Below are positions 1 to 9,086 of a stretch of 64,000 nucleotides of DNA, piece by piece. Both the position numbers and the translations under genes were made by a program. The stretch lies in the NCBI GenBank assembly GCA_965223005.1, contig CBDCVK010000006.1, positions 64,001 through 128,000 on the forward strand, in the 5' to 3' direction. Source of the stretch: Terriglobia bacterium. GTDB taxonomy: Bacteria; Acidobacteriota; Terriglobia; JAJPHL01; JAPKYU01. Each line of letters opens with the position of its first letter. Positions within the stretch are counted from its first letter, which is position 1. Below the pieces are notes generated by a model. The model searched no databases, was not told where the DNA came from, and saw nothing but the letters and a program-made list of their open reading frames with translations.

Positions 1-1
1 C

Positions 2-1105
2 CGGAGCCTGGAGGGGGTAGCCGGTTGCTGGTTCAAGCGGAACGGCGGCCTCCATCAAAATCCCGATCGGCCTGCTGTGCCCATCAGCTCGCTTCCACCT
101 CCCGCCTATGATCTCGTAGATTTCGATGCTTATGAACGCGTGACGGGCGAACGCAAACTGCTCTATGGCACCAGTGTAGGCTGCCCCTATGCCTGCCATT
201 ACTGCACCGATACGGTCTTTTACAACCGGCGCTTCAACGCCTACAGCGCCCAGCGGGCGGAAGAGGAAATCACAGACCTAGTATCCCGCCACCGTCTGGA
301 TAAGGTAGCTTTGCTGGATTCGAACTTTCTGGTGGATACACGGCGCACCGTGGAAATCGCACGAAGATTGCTCGCATCCGGCTTGCAATTCCAGTGGAGC
401 TTTCAGGCCTCAACAGATCTGCTCTGCCGGCTGACGGATGAGGAAGTCCGCCTGCTGGGCGAAAGCGGCGTGAACCATATCGGGTTCGGCACCGAGTCGG
501 GTTCGGAAGAAGTCCTGCTGAAGATGAACAAGCGTCACCAGCGGATTCCGGACATGTTCGAGACAGCACGCAAATGCCGGCAGGCCGGGATCCGCGTTAC
601 CTTCAACCTCATCGTGGGCTACCCAGGAGAGACCGAGGCCGACCGCCAGGAAACCCTCCGGATTATGGGAGAAATCGGTGGACGCTTCGATAACGTCACT
701 TTCTCGCCGAACGTATTCACGCCCTACCCCGGCATCCCCATCTGGCCGGAACTGCGACGCCTGGGGGTCAAGGAGCCGCAATCTCTGGAAGCCTGGACCG
801 ACATCGCCCTGGGAACCAACCTATTACCCTGGTTGCAGGGCGAGCCGTACAGCCGCGTGAAACGGAGCCTGTCCTTCTTCCTGCTGAACAACGAGGTCAC
901 CAAGGCGGTGCGCCGGACCCGGGCTTCACGCTTTCAACGCCTCCTGCTGCGGGCTTTCCGTCAACCGTTGCGAATGCGGATGAAGTATCAGTTCTTTCGA
1001 TGGCCCTTGGAGCTTTGGCTGGTCCACGCGAAAAACAAGCTGGTCGTGCGCCGTTCCCTGCTGACCGGGCAAGGCCTCGGTTACAGCCTGGAGAAGATTT
1101 GCTAG
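2..1105 (+). CDS. Cobalamin-dependent-type radical SAM protein, 5'-truncated by the window edge
   Basis: Frame open from position 2; GCPYACHYC motif, LLDSNF, GFGTESGSEEVL, GYPGET, PYPG typical of the B12-binding rSAM family. The B12 domain lies outside the window. Confidence 0.85.
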   Translation, partial: RSLEGVAGCWFKRNGGLHQNPDRPAVPISSLPPPAYDLVDFDAYERVTGERKLLYGTSVGCPYACHYCTDTVFYNRRFNAYSAQRAEEEITDLVSRHRLDKVALLDSNFLVDTRRTVEIARRLLASGLQFQWSFQASTDLLCRLTDEEVRLLGESGVNHIGFGTESGSEEVLLKMNKRHQRIPDMFETARKCRQAGIRVTFNLIVGYPGETEADRQETLRIMGEIGGRFDNVTFSPNVFTPYPGIPIWPELRRLGVKEPQSLEAWTDIALGTNLLPWLQGEPYSRVKRSLSFFLLNNEVTKAVRRTRASRFQRLLLRAFRQPLRMRMKYQFFRWPLELWLVHAKNKLVVRRSLLTGQGLGYSLEKIC

Positions 1106-1163
1106 GTGCCGGTTGGAACGCCGAAAGGAGGCAAGACCGGAAGCAGAATAGGGATCGAATCCG

Positions 1164-2606
1164 ATGGTCGATATCCTCCTGACCCATTGCAACCATCTGT
1201 TCTTTGATCCGAAGCAGGTGCGGAAGATGCAGCCCTATCCTCCGCTGCAGACTCTGCTGGCGGCTGCTTTTCTGCGCCAGGAAGGATTCGACGTCGCCCT
1301 CTTTGATTCCACGTGGAGTCCTCCAGAGGAGGGATTTCGATCCGCCATGGCGCGGCATCGCCCGCGCCTGGTGGCTCTGTGCGAGGACAATTTTAACTTC
1401 CTCTCCAAGATGTGTCTGGCGAGGAACCGCGAGCTGGCCTTTTCCATGTGTCGCGCCGCCAAGGAGGCCGGAATCCCGACTCTGGTCAACAGTTCGGATG
1501 CCTCTGATCACGTGGCGGAGTACCTGGACCGGGATCTGGACTTCGTCCTGGTAGGCGAGCTTGAGATCACATTGTTGGAGATTACGCGGCATCTGCTGGG
1601 TCGCTCTTCGCGCCCAATGGAAGAGATTCCCGGCCTAGCCTACCGTCATCCCAGGGAGCGCGAGATCCGTCGCAATGCGCCTCGGCAGCCGATGACCAAC
1701 TTGGACCGACTGCCACTTCCGGCATGGGACTTGGTCGAGATTTCCAAGTACCGCGACGCCTGGGTCAGGGCCCACGGCTATTTCTCCCTCAACATGGTGT
1801 CCAGCCGTGGCTGCCCGTATCGATGCAACTGGTGCGCTAAGCCCATTTACGGCCAGACTTCCCAATTCCAAACACCGGAGCGAGTGGCCGAGGAAATGGG
1901 TTGCTTGAAGTCGACCCTTCGACCTGACCACCTCTGGTTTGCCGACGACATCTTCGCCCTTTCCCCGGGATGGACCTGGCGATTCGCCGAGGAGGTGGAA
2001 AAGCGGCAGGCCCAGATATCCTTTAAGATGCAGTCGCGCTGTGATTTGATGACTCGCGATACGGCGGATGCCCTCCGACGCGCAGGCTGCACCGAAATCT
2101 GGATGGGCGCCGAATCAGGTTCCCAAAAAGTCCTGGACGCGATGGAAAAAGGAATCCGCGTCGAGCAAATTTACGAGGCTTGTGAAAACCTGCGGCGCCA
2201 CGGGATCCGTGCCTGCCTCTTCCTCCAGTTTGGCTATCCGGGCGAAACGTGGCAGGACATTGAAAATACAATTCGGCTGGTCAGAGAAACAAGACCCGAC
2301 GACATTGGGGTCTCGGTTTCCTATCCATTACCGGGAACCAAATTTTTCGATTTCGTTTCGGCCCAGCTTGGCGCCAAGCGAAACTGGTCCGATAGCGACG
2401 GCCTGACGATCATGTTTCGCGGAAGCTATTCTAGCGATTTTTATCGCGTTCTCCGCGATGCGCTACATCTGGAAGTTAACTTACGCAATAGGAGGTGCCA
2501 AAACGGCGACAACCTGCAACGGCTTCAACACTTGTGGTCTCGAGTCAGAAAATTGGAGAAAACTTGCGTTAACCCCAATCCCACACCTTTATGGACCTGT
2601 TGCTGA
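1164..2606 (+). CDS. B12-binding domain radical SAM protein
   Basis: N-terminal PYPPL...DFVLVGELE B12-type domain; SRGCPYRCNWC; WMGAESGSQKVL; GYPGET. Confidence 0.9.
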   Translation: MVDILLTHCNHLFFDPKQVRKMQPYPPLQTLLAAAFLRQEGFDVALFDSTWSPPEEGFRSAMARHRPRLVALCEDNFNFLSKMCLARNRELAFSMCRAAKEAGIPTLVNSSDASDHVAEYLDRDLDFVLVGELEITLLEITRHLLGRSSRPMEEIPGLAYRHPREREIRRNAPRQPMTNLDRLPLPAWDLVEISKYRDAWVRAHGYFSLNMVSSRGCPYRCNWCAKPIYGQTSQFQTPERVAEEMGCLKSTLRPDHLWFADDIFALSPGWTWRFAEEVEKRQAQISFKMQSRCDLMTRDTADALRRAGCTEIWMGAESGSQKVLDAMEKGIRVEQIYEACENLRRHGIRACLFLQFGYPGETWQDIENTIRLVRETRPDDIGVSVSYPLPGTKFFDFVSAQLGAKRNWSDSDGLTIMFRGSYSSDFYRVLRDALHLEVNLRNRRCQNGDNLQRLQHLWSRVRKLEKTCVNPNPTPLWTCC

Positions 2607-3976
2607 CCCACGGCTACTTCCTCTACGAGGATACAAAAGAGCTTCAGATCATGAAGCAGTACGTGACCCTGGGAATCCTCTATCTCTCTTCCCACCTGCG
2701 AGAAAAGGGCTTCGACGTAGAAATTTACGACAGCACATTTGGGTCTCGGCAGGAGCTTTTCCGGATTCTTGAAACTGGGCCGCCTTCGGTGGTGGGAATC
2801 TACGTTAACCTCATGACCCGCCGGAATGTTCTGGACATCGCGGCGGCTGCACGGGCGGCGGGGTGGACCGTGGTCCTGGGAGGCCCCGAACCTTCGAACT
2901 ATCCTGGCGAGTATCTGCAGGCCGGCGCCCACGCCATCGTCGAGGGAGAAGGGGAAGTGACGATGGAGGAGCTATTGCACACCCTGGGTCAGAAGGAGGC
3001 GCTGCAACGGGTAAACCGAATCATATTCCGGCGACGAGATGGATCCGTGGCCCGTACTCCACCCCGAGCCCTTATTCCCAACCTGGATGCACAGCCCTGG
3101 CCTGACCGCGAGCGGGTGGACATGGACCGGTACTTGAAAGTGTGGCGCGAACACCACGGCGCGGGCTCCGTGTCGGTCATCACGGCACGCGGATGCCCTT
3201 ACCACTGCCGCTGGTGCAGCCACTCCACTTTCGGCAAGACCCACAGGCGCCGATCTATCCAAAGTGTAGCGGACGAAGTGGCGTGGGTCCTCGAGCGCTA
3301 TCAACCTGACATGCTGTGGATGGCCGACGATGTCTTTACAATTCATCCCGGCTGGATCCTGGAATACGCCGCGGAGATGAAACGGCGTGGGTTGCGAATC
3401 CCGTTCGAATGCATTACCCGTGCTGACCGGCTGAATCCGCGCATCGCTGAGGCTTTGGCCGAGCTCGGATGCTTCCGCGTCTGGATCGGCTCGGAGAGCG
3501 GGTCGCAGCGGATACTGGATGCCATGCAACGAGGGGTGACGGTAGAACAGGTTCGCGAGTCAGTTCGTCTCTGCCAGCAGCAGGGGATCCAGACGGGTAT
3601 GTTTCTTATGTGGGGCTACAACGGAGAGGAGTTGTCGGACATTGAGGCCACCGTGCAACACGTGAAAAGCTGCCAGCCGGATGTGTTCCTGACAACAGTT
3701 TCCTACCCTATTCAGGGAACTCCTTACTATGACTAGGTGGCGCCGCGTCTGATGCAGGTCCGCGACTGGGCGGAGAGCACGGACCGCGAACTAAAGATCG
3801 CCGGTCGTCATTCCAGGGGCTTTTACCAGTTCGCTGACCAGTTGCTGAAGAGCGAGGTGACCCTACAGAAGTTGGGCAACGCTACAGAGGATTCTGCTGC
3901 TGTGGCCACGCTGCGAAGCCAGATCGAGACCGCCCGCCGTGGGTTACTGGAAGCCTACGGGGAAGTGGAAGCATGA
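2591..3976 (+). pseudogene. B12-binding radical SAM gene interrupted by in-frame TAG at 3734-3736 (pseudogene or base-call error)
   Basis: VVLGGPEPS, IVEGEGE, ARGCPYHCRWC, GSESGSQ. ORFs 2591-3736 and 3737-3976 share a frame and together align colinearly with the 1164-2606 paralog. Confidence 0.8.
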
Positions 3977-4755
3977 GCGTTGCCGAAGCCTTTGATCAGC
4001 TGGCCCCCCGCTACGACGAGACGTGGACACGCTCTGTTGTCGGGCGCCTTCAGCGCGAGGCCGTCTGGAGAGAAATCGCCCCCCTCTTCCTCCCAGGAGC
4101 GCGGGTTTTGGATCTGGGTTGCGGAACGGGGGAGGACGCCTTGCACCTAGCTCGCGGTGGCGTCCGGGTCCATGCCATCGATGTTGCGCCGGGAATGGTC
4201 AAGATGACAAGGCAACGGCTGGAGTCGGACGGGCTTACGGGCCAGATCACGTGCGAAGTCTTGGCTGCCGAGGATCTTTTTCGCCTGAAAACTACAGGCG
4301 TATTTGACGGCGCGATCACAAACTTTGGCGTTCTGAACTGTGTTCGAGATCTCCGATCCTTGGCAGGGGAGCTAGCGCGGCTGGTTCGACCGGGCGGCCG
4401 GCTCGTGCTGTGTCCGATGGGGCGTTTCTACCTGTGGGAGACGATCTGGTATCTGCTGCGTGCCCGACTCGGCAAGGCCTTCCGCCGCCTGCGTCGCGGT
4501 GGCGTCACCGCTTCGGTGGGTTCTGGCCACTTTTTCCCGGTTTTCTACGCTTCGGTGGCCGACATCAGTGCGGCTTTTGAGCCATACTTCCGGCGAGTGG
4601 GTTTCCGGGGAATCGGGGTCTTTGTCCCGCCCCCTTCTGTAAAAGCCTCCCCTGGAGTATTCCGAGCATTGGTGTTGCTAGATCGGCTTTTCGCCGGCTG
4701 GCCGCTTCTGCGGGCCATAGGGGATCATTACCTGCTTATTTTTGTCCGAAGATGA
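3973..4755 (+). CDS. Class I SAM-dependent methyltransferase
   Basis: VLDLGCGTG motif I; FDGAITNFGVLN; LVRPGGRL; ATGA overlap with the upstream gene. Confidence 0.9.
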   Translation: MSVAEAFDQLAPRYDETWTRSVVGRLQREAVWREIAPLFLPGARVLDLGCGTGEDALHLARGGVRVHAIDVAPGMVKMTRQRLESDGLTGQITCEVLAAEDLFRLKTTGVFDGAITNFGVLNCVRDLRSLAGELARLVRPGGRLVLCPMGRFYLWETIWYLLRARLGKAFRRLRRGGVTASVGSGHFFPVFYASVADISAAFEPYFRRVGFRGIGVFVPPPSVKASPGVFRALVLLDRLFAGWPLLRAIGDHYLLIFVRR

Positions 4756-4758
4756 TCC

Positions 4759-5730
4759 ATGGCTGCTACTTCCTACGCAACTTCGCCGGAAGCGGGGACT
4801 CCTGATCTCGGGAGATCTGCATTCTTGAGGCTTCGCTGTCCTGCCTGCCTCCGACCTTCCGTCCGGCTGCAAGAGGTCACAGCCGAAGGGATGGTTTGCC
4901 TCAGCTGCGGCTACGCGCTGCGCAAAACTGAGAACATTCTGCGGGCGCTCCTACCAGGGCGTCAGAAATATTACGAGCATTCCAGGAAAGAATATTCAAA
5001 GATCCGTCGGGCAGAGGGCCGAGGATCCGAGAATCCATCTTACTATCTCGAATTGCCCTATAGGGATTTGACCGGCCGGCGTCGCGACGAGTGGGCCATC
5101 CGCGCGAAGACCTATCGGTACTTTGAAACCCACGTGCTTCCGGCTCAAACTCTGGATATCCTCGACCTGGGTGCCGGGAACGGCTGGACTTCTCACCGGC
5201 TGTCCCGGCGAGGCCATCGGCCGGTGGCCGTGGATATCCTCACAGATCCGATGGACGGCCTAGACGCGGCCCGGCACTATGGCGGCTTTCCCCTGGTGGA
5301 AGCGGAGTTTGACCGACTGCCTTTTGTCGACGGCCAGTTTGATCTGGCCATCTTCAACTCTGCACTGCATTACTCGACCGACTACCATCGGACCCTGCTC
5401 GAGGCGCGGCGCTGCCTGCGACCGACGGGCCGCATCGTCATTCTGGATTCGCCAATCTATAAACAGCGAAAGCATGGGGAGCAGATGCGGCGAGAGCGTC
5501 ACGAGCGATTTGAGGCGCTTTATGGCTTCCGCTCCGACAGCATTCCCAGTCTTGAGTACCTGTACGATTCGCTGCTCAAGCAGTTGTCCAGCGACCTGGG
5601 GCTGAGCTGGCAAATCCACCGGCCCTGGTACGGGTGGGGATGGCACCTCCGCCCCTGGAAGGCGCGCCTTGGGGGGCAGAGGCCGCCCTCCCGGTTCTGG
5701 ATCCTCGTTGGGAGCTTTTCGCAGCCATGA
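4759..5730 (+). CDS. Class I SAM-dependent methyltransferase with N-terminal Zn-ribbon (Trm112-like) segment
   Basis: CPAC...CLSC at the N-terminus; ILDLGAGNG; LPFVDGQFDLAIFNSALHY. Confidence 0.88.
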   Translation: MAATSYATSPEAGTPDLGRSAFLRLRCPACLRPSVRLQEVTAEGMVCLSCGYALRKTENILRALLPGRQKYYEHSRKEYSKIRRAEGRGSENPSYYLELPYRDLTGRRRDEWAIRAKTYRYFETHVLPAQTLDILDLGAGNGWTSHRLSRRGHRPVAVDILTDPMDGLDAARHYGGFPLVEAEFDRLPFVDGQFDLAIFNSALHYSTDYHRTLLEARRCLRPTGRIVILDSPIYKQRKHGEQMRRERHERFEALYGFRSDSIPSLEYLYDSLLKQLSSDLGLSWQIHRPWYGWGWHLRPWKARLGGQRPPSRFWILVGSFSQP

Positions 5731-7187
5731 TCGTCCTTCTGCATCCCCGGGCCACCAGGCCCAAGAACCGGCGCTTCCCCCTCTCCATCCTTGCGGTGGC
5801 GTCGGTCATCGAGGGCAGGGAAGATTACACGATCGTGGATGGTAACGTCGATCCTCACCCCTGGGAGTCCCTAGAACAGATTATGAAAGAAACCCCAGCG
5901 GAGCTTCTGGCGGTTTCTGTGATGCCCGGGCCTCAGATGGGGGCGGCCATCCCGCTTTGTCGCGCGTTTCGCCAAAAGTACCCGTCGGTTCCGATTGTCT
6001 GGGGTGGGTACTTTCCTTCCCTTTATCCCGACGCAACTCTTAATGCCCCGTACGTGGATTTCGCAGTCCGCGGGCAGGGAGAAGACACTTTTCTCGAGCT
6101 GCTCGCTGCCCTGCGCGACAGCTGGGACTTTTCCCGGATTTGCGGCCTCTCCTACAAAGATCGTTGTGGGTTGCACGTCCACAATCCTGAGCGGCCGATA
6201 CGGTCGCCGGAAGATTTTCCCTGGTTCCCCTATCACCGACTGGATACTTCGAAGTACATCCTACCGACGTTTCTCGGTTCGCGCACCGCCGTGCACCAGG
6301 CCAGCATTGGATGTCCGTTCCGTTGCAACTTCTGCGGAGTAGTCCCCGTCTACGGCCGGCAGAAAGTGGAATCCCCGTCGCGCACTGCTGCAGTGCTGGG
6401 ACATCTGAAGGAGCACTACGGGGTGAACGCCATCCAATTTTATGACAACAATTTCTTCCTGCGCGAGGATCACGCTCGAGAGCTAGCGGACCGCCTGACG
6501 CCGCTGCAGATGCGTTGGTGGTGTGAAGGACGCATCGACACGGTGCTCCGATACTCCGACGAAACGCTGCGTACACTCAAACGTGCAGGCGCCACCATGA
6601 TCTTCTTTGGCGCTGAGTCCGGTTCCGATGCCGTGCTCCGGCAAATGAAGAAGCAACTCAAAGCCGAGCAGATCCTGGCTCTGGCCAAAAGGATCCGGGA
6701 ATTTGGGATCGTCCCCGAGTTTTCCTTTGTCTTGGGCAACCCACAGGATCCGGAGCGTGACACCGAGGAGACGATCGCCTTCATCCGGAAGATCAAGCGG
6801 ATCAACACCCAGGCCGAGATCATCGTACAGCACTACATCCCCACGCCTCAACGGGATGAAATGTACGGTGGGGTCGACGGCAAAATCCAATTCCCGACCA
6901 CCCCGGAGCAGTGGGCTACCGAGCGGTGGTACAACTTCGCCACCCGAACTGATCCGCAGCTCGCTTGGCTTCCGGGCCGGATCAAGCAGCGCATCGACGA
7001 TTTCGAACTGGTGGTGACCTCACGCTGGCCAACTATCCAGGATATCCGCCTAAAACACTGGGGGCGGACCTTCCTTCAATTGCTGAGTAGTTGGCGCTAC
7101 AGGCTCGGCGTTTACGGGTACCCGTGGGAGCTCCAGTGGGCGCAGAAACTCGTCCATCTCAGAAAGCCTCGGTTGGAAAGCCTTTGA
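5727..7187 (+). CDS. B12-binding domain radical SAM protein
   Basis: ATG at 5727 (ATGA overlap); FPLSIL, PIVWGGYFPS, VRGQGE, GCPFRCNFC, FFGAESGS. Confidence 0.9.
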   Translation: MIVLLHPRATRPKNRRFPLSILAVASVIEGREDYTIVDGNVDPHPWESLEQIMKETPAELLAVSVMPGPQMGAAIPLCRAFRQKYPSVPIVWGGYFPSLYPDATLNAPYVDFAVRGQGEDTFLELLAALRDSWDFSRICGLSYKDRCGLHVHNPERPIRSPEDFPWFPYHRLDTSKYILPTFLGSRTAVHQASIGCPFRCNFCGVVPVYGRQKVESPSRTAAVLGHLKEHYGVNAIQFYDNNFFLREDHARELADRLTPLQMRWWCEGRIDTVLRYSDETLRTLKRAGATMIFFGAESGSDAVLRQMKKQLKAEQILALAKRIREFGIVPEFSFVLGNPQDPERDTEETIAFIRKIKRINTQAEIIVQHYIPTPQRDEMYGGVDGKIQFPTTPEQWATERWYNFATRTDPQLAWLPGRIKQRIDDFELVVTSRWPTIQDIRLKHWGRTFLQLLSSWRYRLGVYGYPWELQWAQKLVHLRKPRLESL

Positions 7188-7858
7188 AAGTTGCGCCGCT
7201 CGAAGGACACCGGCTCTGGTCTGAAACCTACGATGCCGATCCGAACCCGATGCTGGCGCTGGAATTCCGCATTGTCTCTGGAATGACGGGCAATCTGCTG
7301 GGAAAGCTCTTCCTAGACCTTGGTTGCGGAACGGGACGATGGCTAGCTGAGGCCCGAAGACAAGGTGCCAGGATCCTCGGTGTGGATCTGTGTCGCGACA
7401 TGTTGGTGCAAGCGGAACGCAAAGCGGGGCTTGCAGGTCGAGTAGCGCTGGCCGACGTTCGCCGCCTTCCCGTGCCGGATGGTAGCGCCGACGTGGTCCT
7501 GTGCGCCTTTTGTCTGGCATACCTGGAATCGCTGGCTACGGTGATGCAAGAACTGGCCCGGGCAGTAAAACCGGGGGGAGAGGTCATCACGAGCGACCTG
7601 CATCCGCAGACGCACTGCCGAGGTTGGACGCGCTCGTTTCGGAGCGGTTCTCAGGTTTACGAGATCGAACAACACCATTACACGGCCCGGGAACTTCTCG
7701 ATGCCGGTCACAGGGTGGGCCTGAAGCTGGAGGAGCTAGTGGAAGCTCGTTTTGCTGAGCCAGAGCGGGAGATCTTTCGCCGGGCAGGGAGGGAGCAGCT
7801 TTTCGACGAGCTGAGAGAAATCCCCGCCGTGCTGATCGCCCGGTGGAAGCGCCGGTGA
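7184..7858 (+). CDS. Class I SAM-dependent methyltransferase (BioC/type 11-like)
   Basis: TTG start overlapping the upstream TGA; FLDLGCGTG; ADVRRLP; VKPGG. Confidence 0.85.
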   Translation: MKVAPLEGHRLWSETYDADPNPMLALEFRIVSGMTGNLLGKLFLDLGCGTGRWLAEARRQGARILGVDLCRDMLVQAERKAGLAGRVALADVRRLPVPDGSADVVLCAFCLAYLESLATVMQELARAVKPGGEVITSDLHPQTHCRGWTRSFRSGSQVYEIEQHHYTARELLDAGHRVGLKLEELVEARFAEPEREIFRRAGREQLFDELREIPAVLIARWKRR

Positions 7859-7868
7859 GGAAGCGAGC

Positions 7869-9086
7869 ATGGCCCGACAGCGCTCGTGGATTTTGAGTGG
7901 CGCCAGAGTGGCCCTTGGGCCGGCCCGGGCTAACAAGCGGGAGATTGAAATCCGGGCCGGGAAGATCTGGGCAATTCGGGCGCCGGGGGAACGGCGGCGC
8001 ACGCGAAACACGCCGATCCTGGACCTCCGCGGCCACTTGATCCTCCCCGGGCTGATCAACGCCCACGATCATCTGGAGCTGAACCTTTTCCCCCGCCAGG
8101 GTCGCGGTCCTTATCCGAATGCGGCGGCTTGGGCCCGCCACATCTACCGGCCCGGGGAATCTCCGATCAAGGATCACCTGCGGATACCCAAGGCCACGCG
8201 TCTTGTGTGGGGCGGCCTAAAGAACCTCCTCAGCGGCGTGACCACGGTCTGCCACCATAATCCCCGGGAGAACTCGATCTTGGACCGCAACTTCCCCGTC
8301 CGCGTGGTAAAGCGATTTGGATGGGCGCATTCCCTCGAGTTCAGCCCCGACCTGGCCGAGCGTTTTCGCCGAACCCCGCCCGGTTGGCCTTTCCTGGTGC
8401 ACCTGGGAGAAGCGACGGATAGAGCCGGCAGGTGCGAGGTCTTTCGGCTGGATCAGATGGGGGCCCTCGACCATCGTACAGTACTGGTTCATGCCGTCGC
8501 ACTGGATCGCCAGGGGTGGCGCCTCGTGCAAAGCAAAGCCGCCTCCGTGGTTTGGTGCCCCAGCTCGAATCTGTTCCTGTTGGGCCGCACGCTGACTCCT
8601 GGGGTGCTACGAAGCGGCATTCTTGTGGCCCTGGGCACCGATTCAGCGCTGACGGCGACCGGCGATCTTCTGGACGAACTCCGCGCAGCGCGGAGTGCCA
8701 GTCGTCTGTCGCGCGGCGATCTTTACCGCATGGTAACCGAACAGGCGGCACAGGTCTTGCGTCTGGAAAAGGGAGCGGGCAGAGTGTCAGAGGGAGGCCC
8801 CGCCGACCTTGTGGCCGTCCGCGACCGAGGACGAAGCCCGGCCGCAACACTCTGTGGCCTGGTGAGCCGGGGCCCTGAAATGGTTATGGTCGCCGGTCAG
8901 ATCAAGCTTGTTTCTCCTTCCCTGGCGGTTCAGCTACCGGCTTTCGTTCGTCGCCGCCTCTATCCGCTGGCCGTCCAAGGGAGAGGAAAAGCTCTGGTTG
9001 ACGCCAACGTTCCTGAGCTGCATCGCCGGGCGACTCGAGTGCTGGGTCCCGAAATTCGCGTCGCGGGAAAGCGGGTGCGGGCATGA
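7869..9086 (+). CDS. Metal-dependent amidohydrolase/deaminase
   Basis: PGLINAHDH (HxH), GVTTV, VHLGE, LVHAV, CPSSN, LGTDS, GPADL amidohydrolase motifs. Confidence 0.88.
   Translation: MARQRSWILSGARVALGPARANKREIEIRAGKIWAIRAPGERRRTRNTPILDLRGHLILPGLINAHDHLELNLFPRQGRGPYPNAAAWARHIYRPGESPIKDHLRIPKATRLVWGGLKNLLSGVTTVCHHNPRENSILDRNFPVRVVKRFGWAHSLEFSPDLAERFRRTPPGWPFLVHLGEATDRAGRCEVFRLDQMGALDHRTVLVHAVALDRQGWRLVQSKAASVVWCPSSNLFLLGRTLTPGVLRSGILVALGTDSALTATGDLLDELRAARSASRLSRGDLYRMVTEQAAQVLRLEKGAGRVSEGGPADLVAVRDRGRSPAATLCGLVSRGPEMVMVAGQIKLVSPSLAVQLPAFVRRRLYPLAVQGRGKALVDANVPELHRRATRVLGPEIRVAGKRVRA

Noticed and set aside
3734-3736. Pyrrolysine or genome-wide TAG recoding
   Set aside because: TAG ends several ordinary genes here, no pyl genes are in view, and a single G>T change from GAG explains it more simply.
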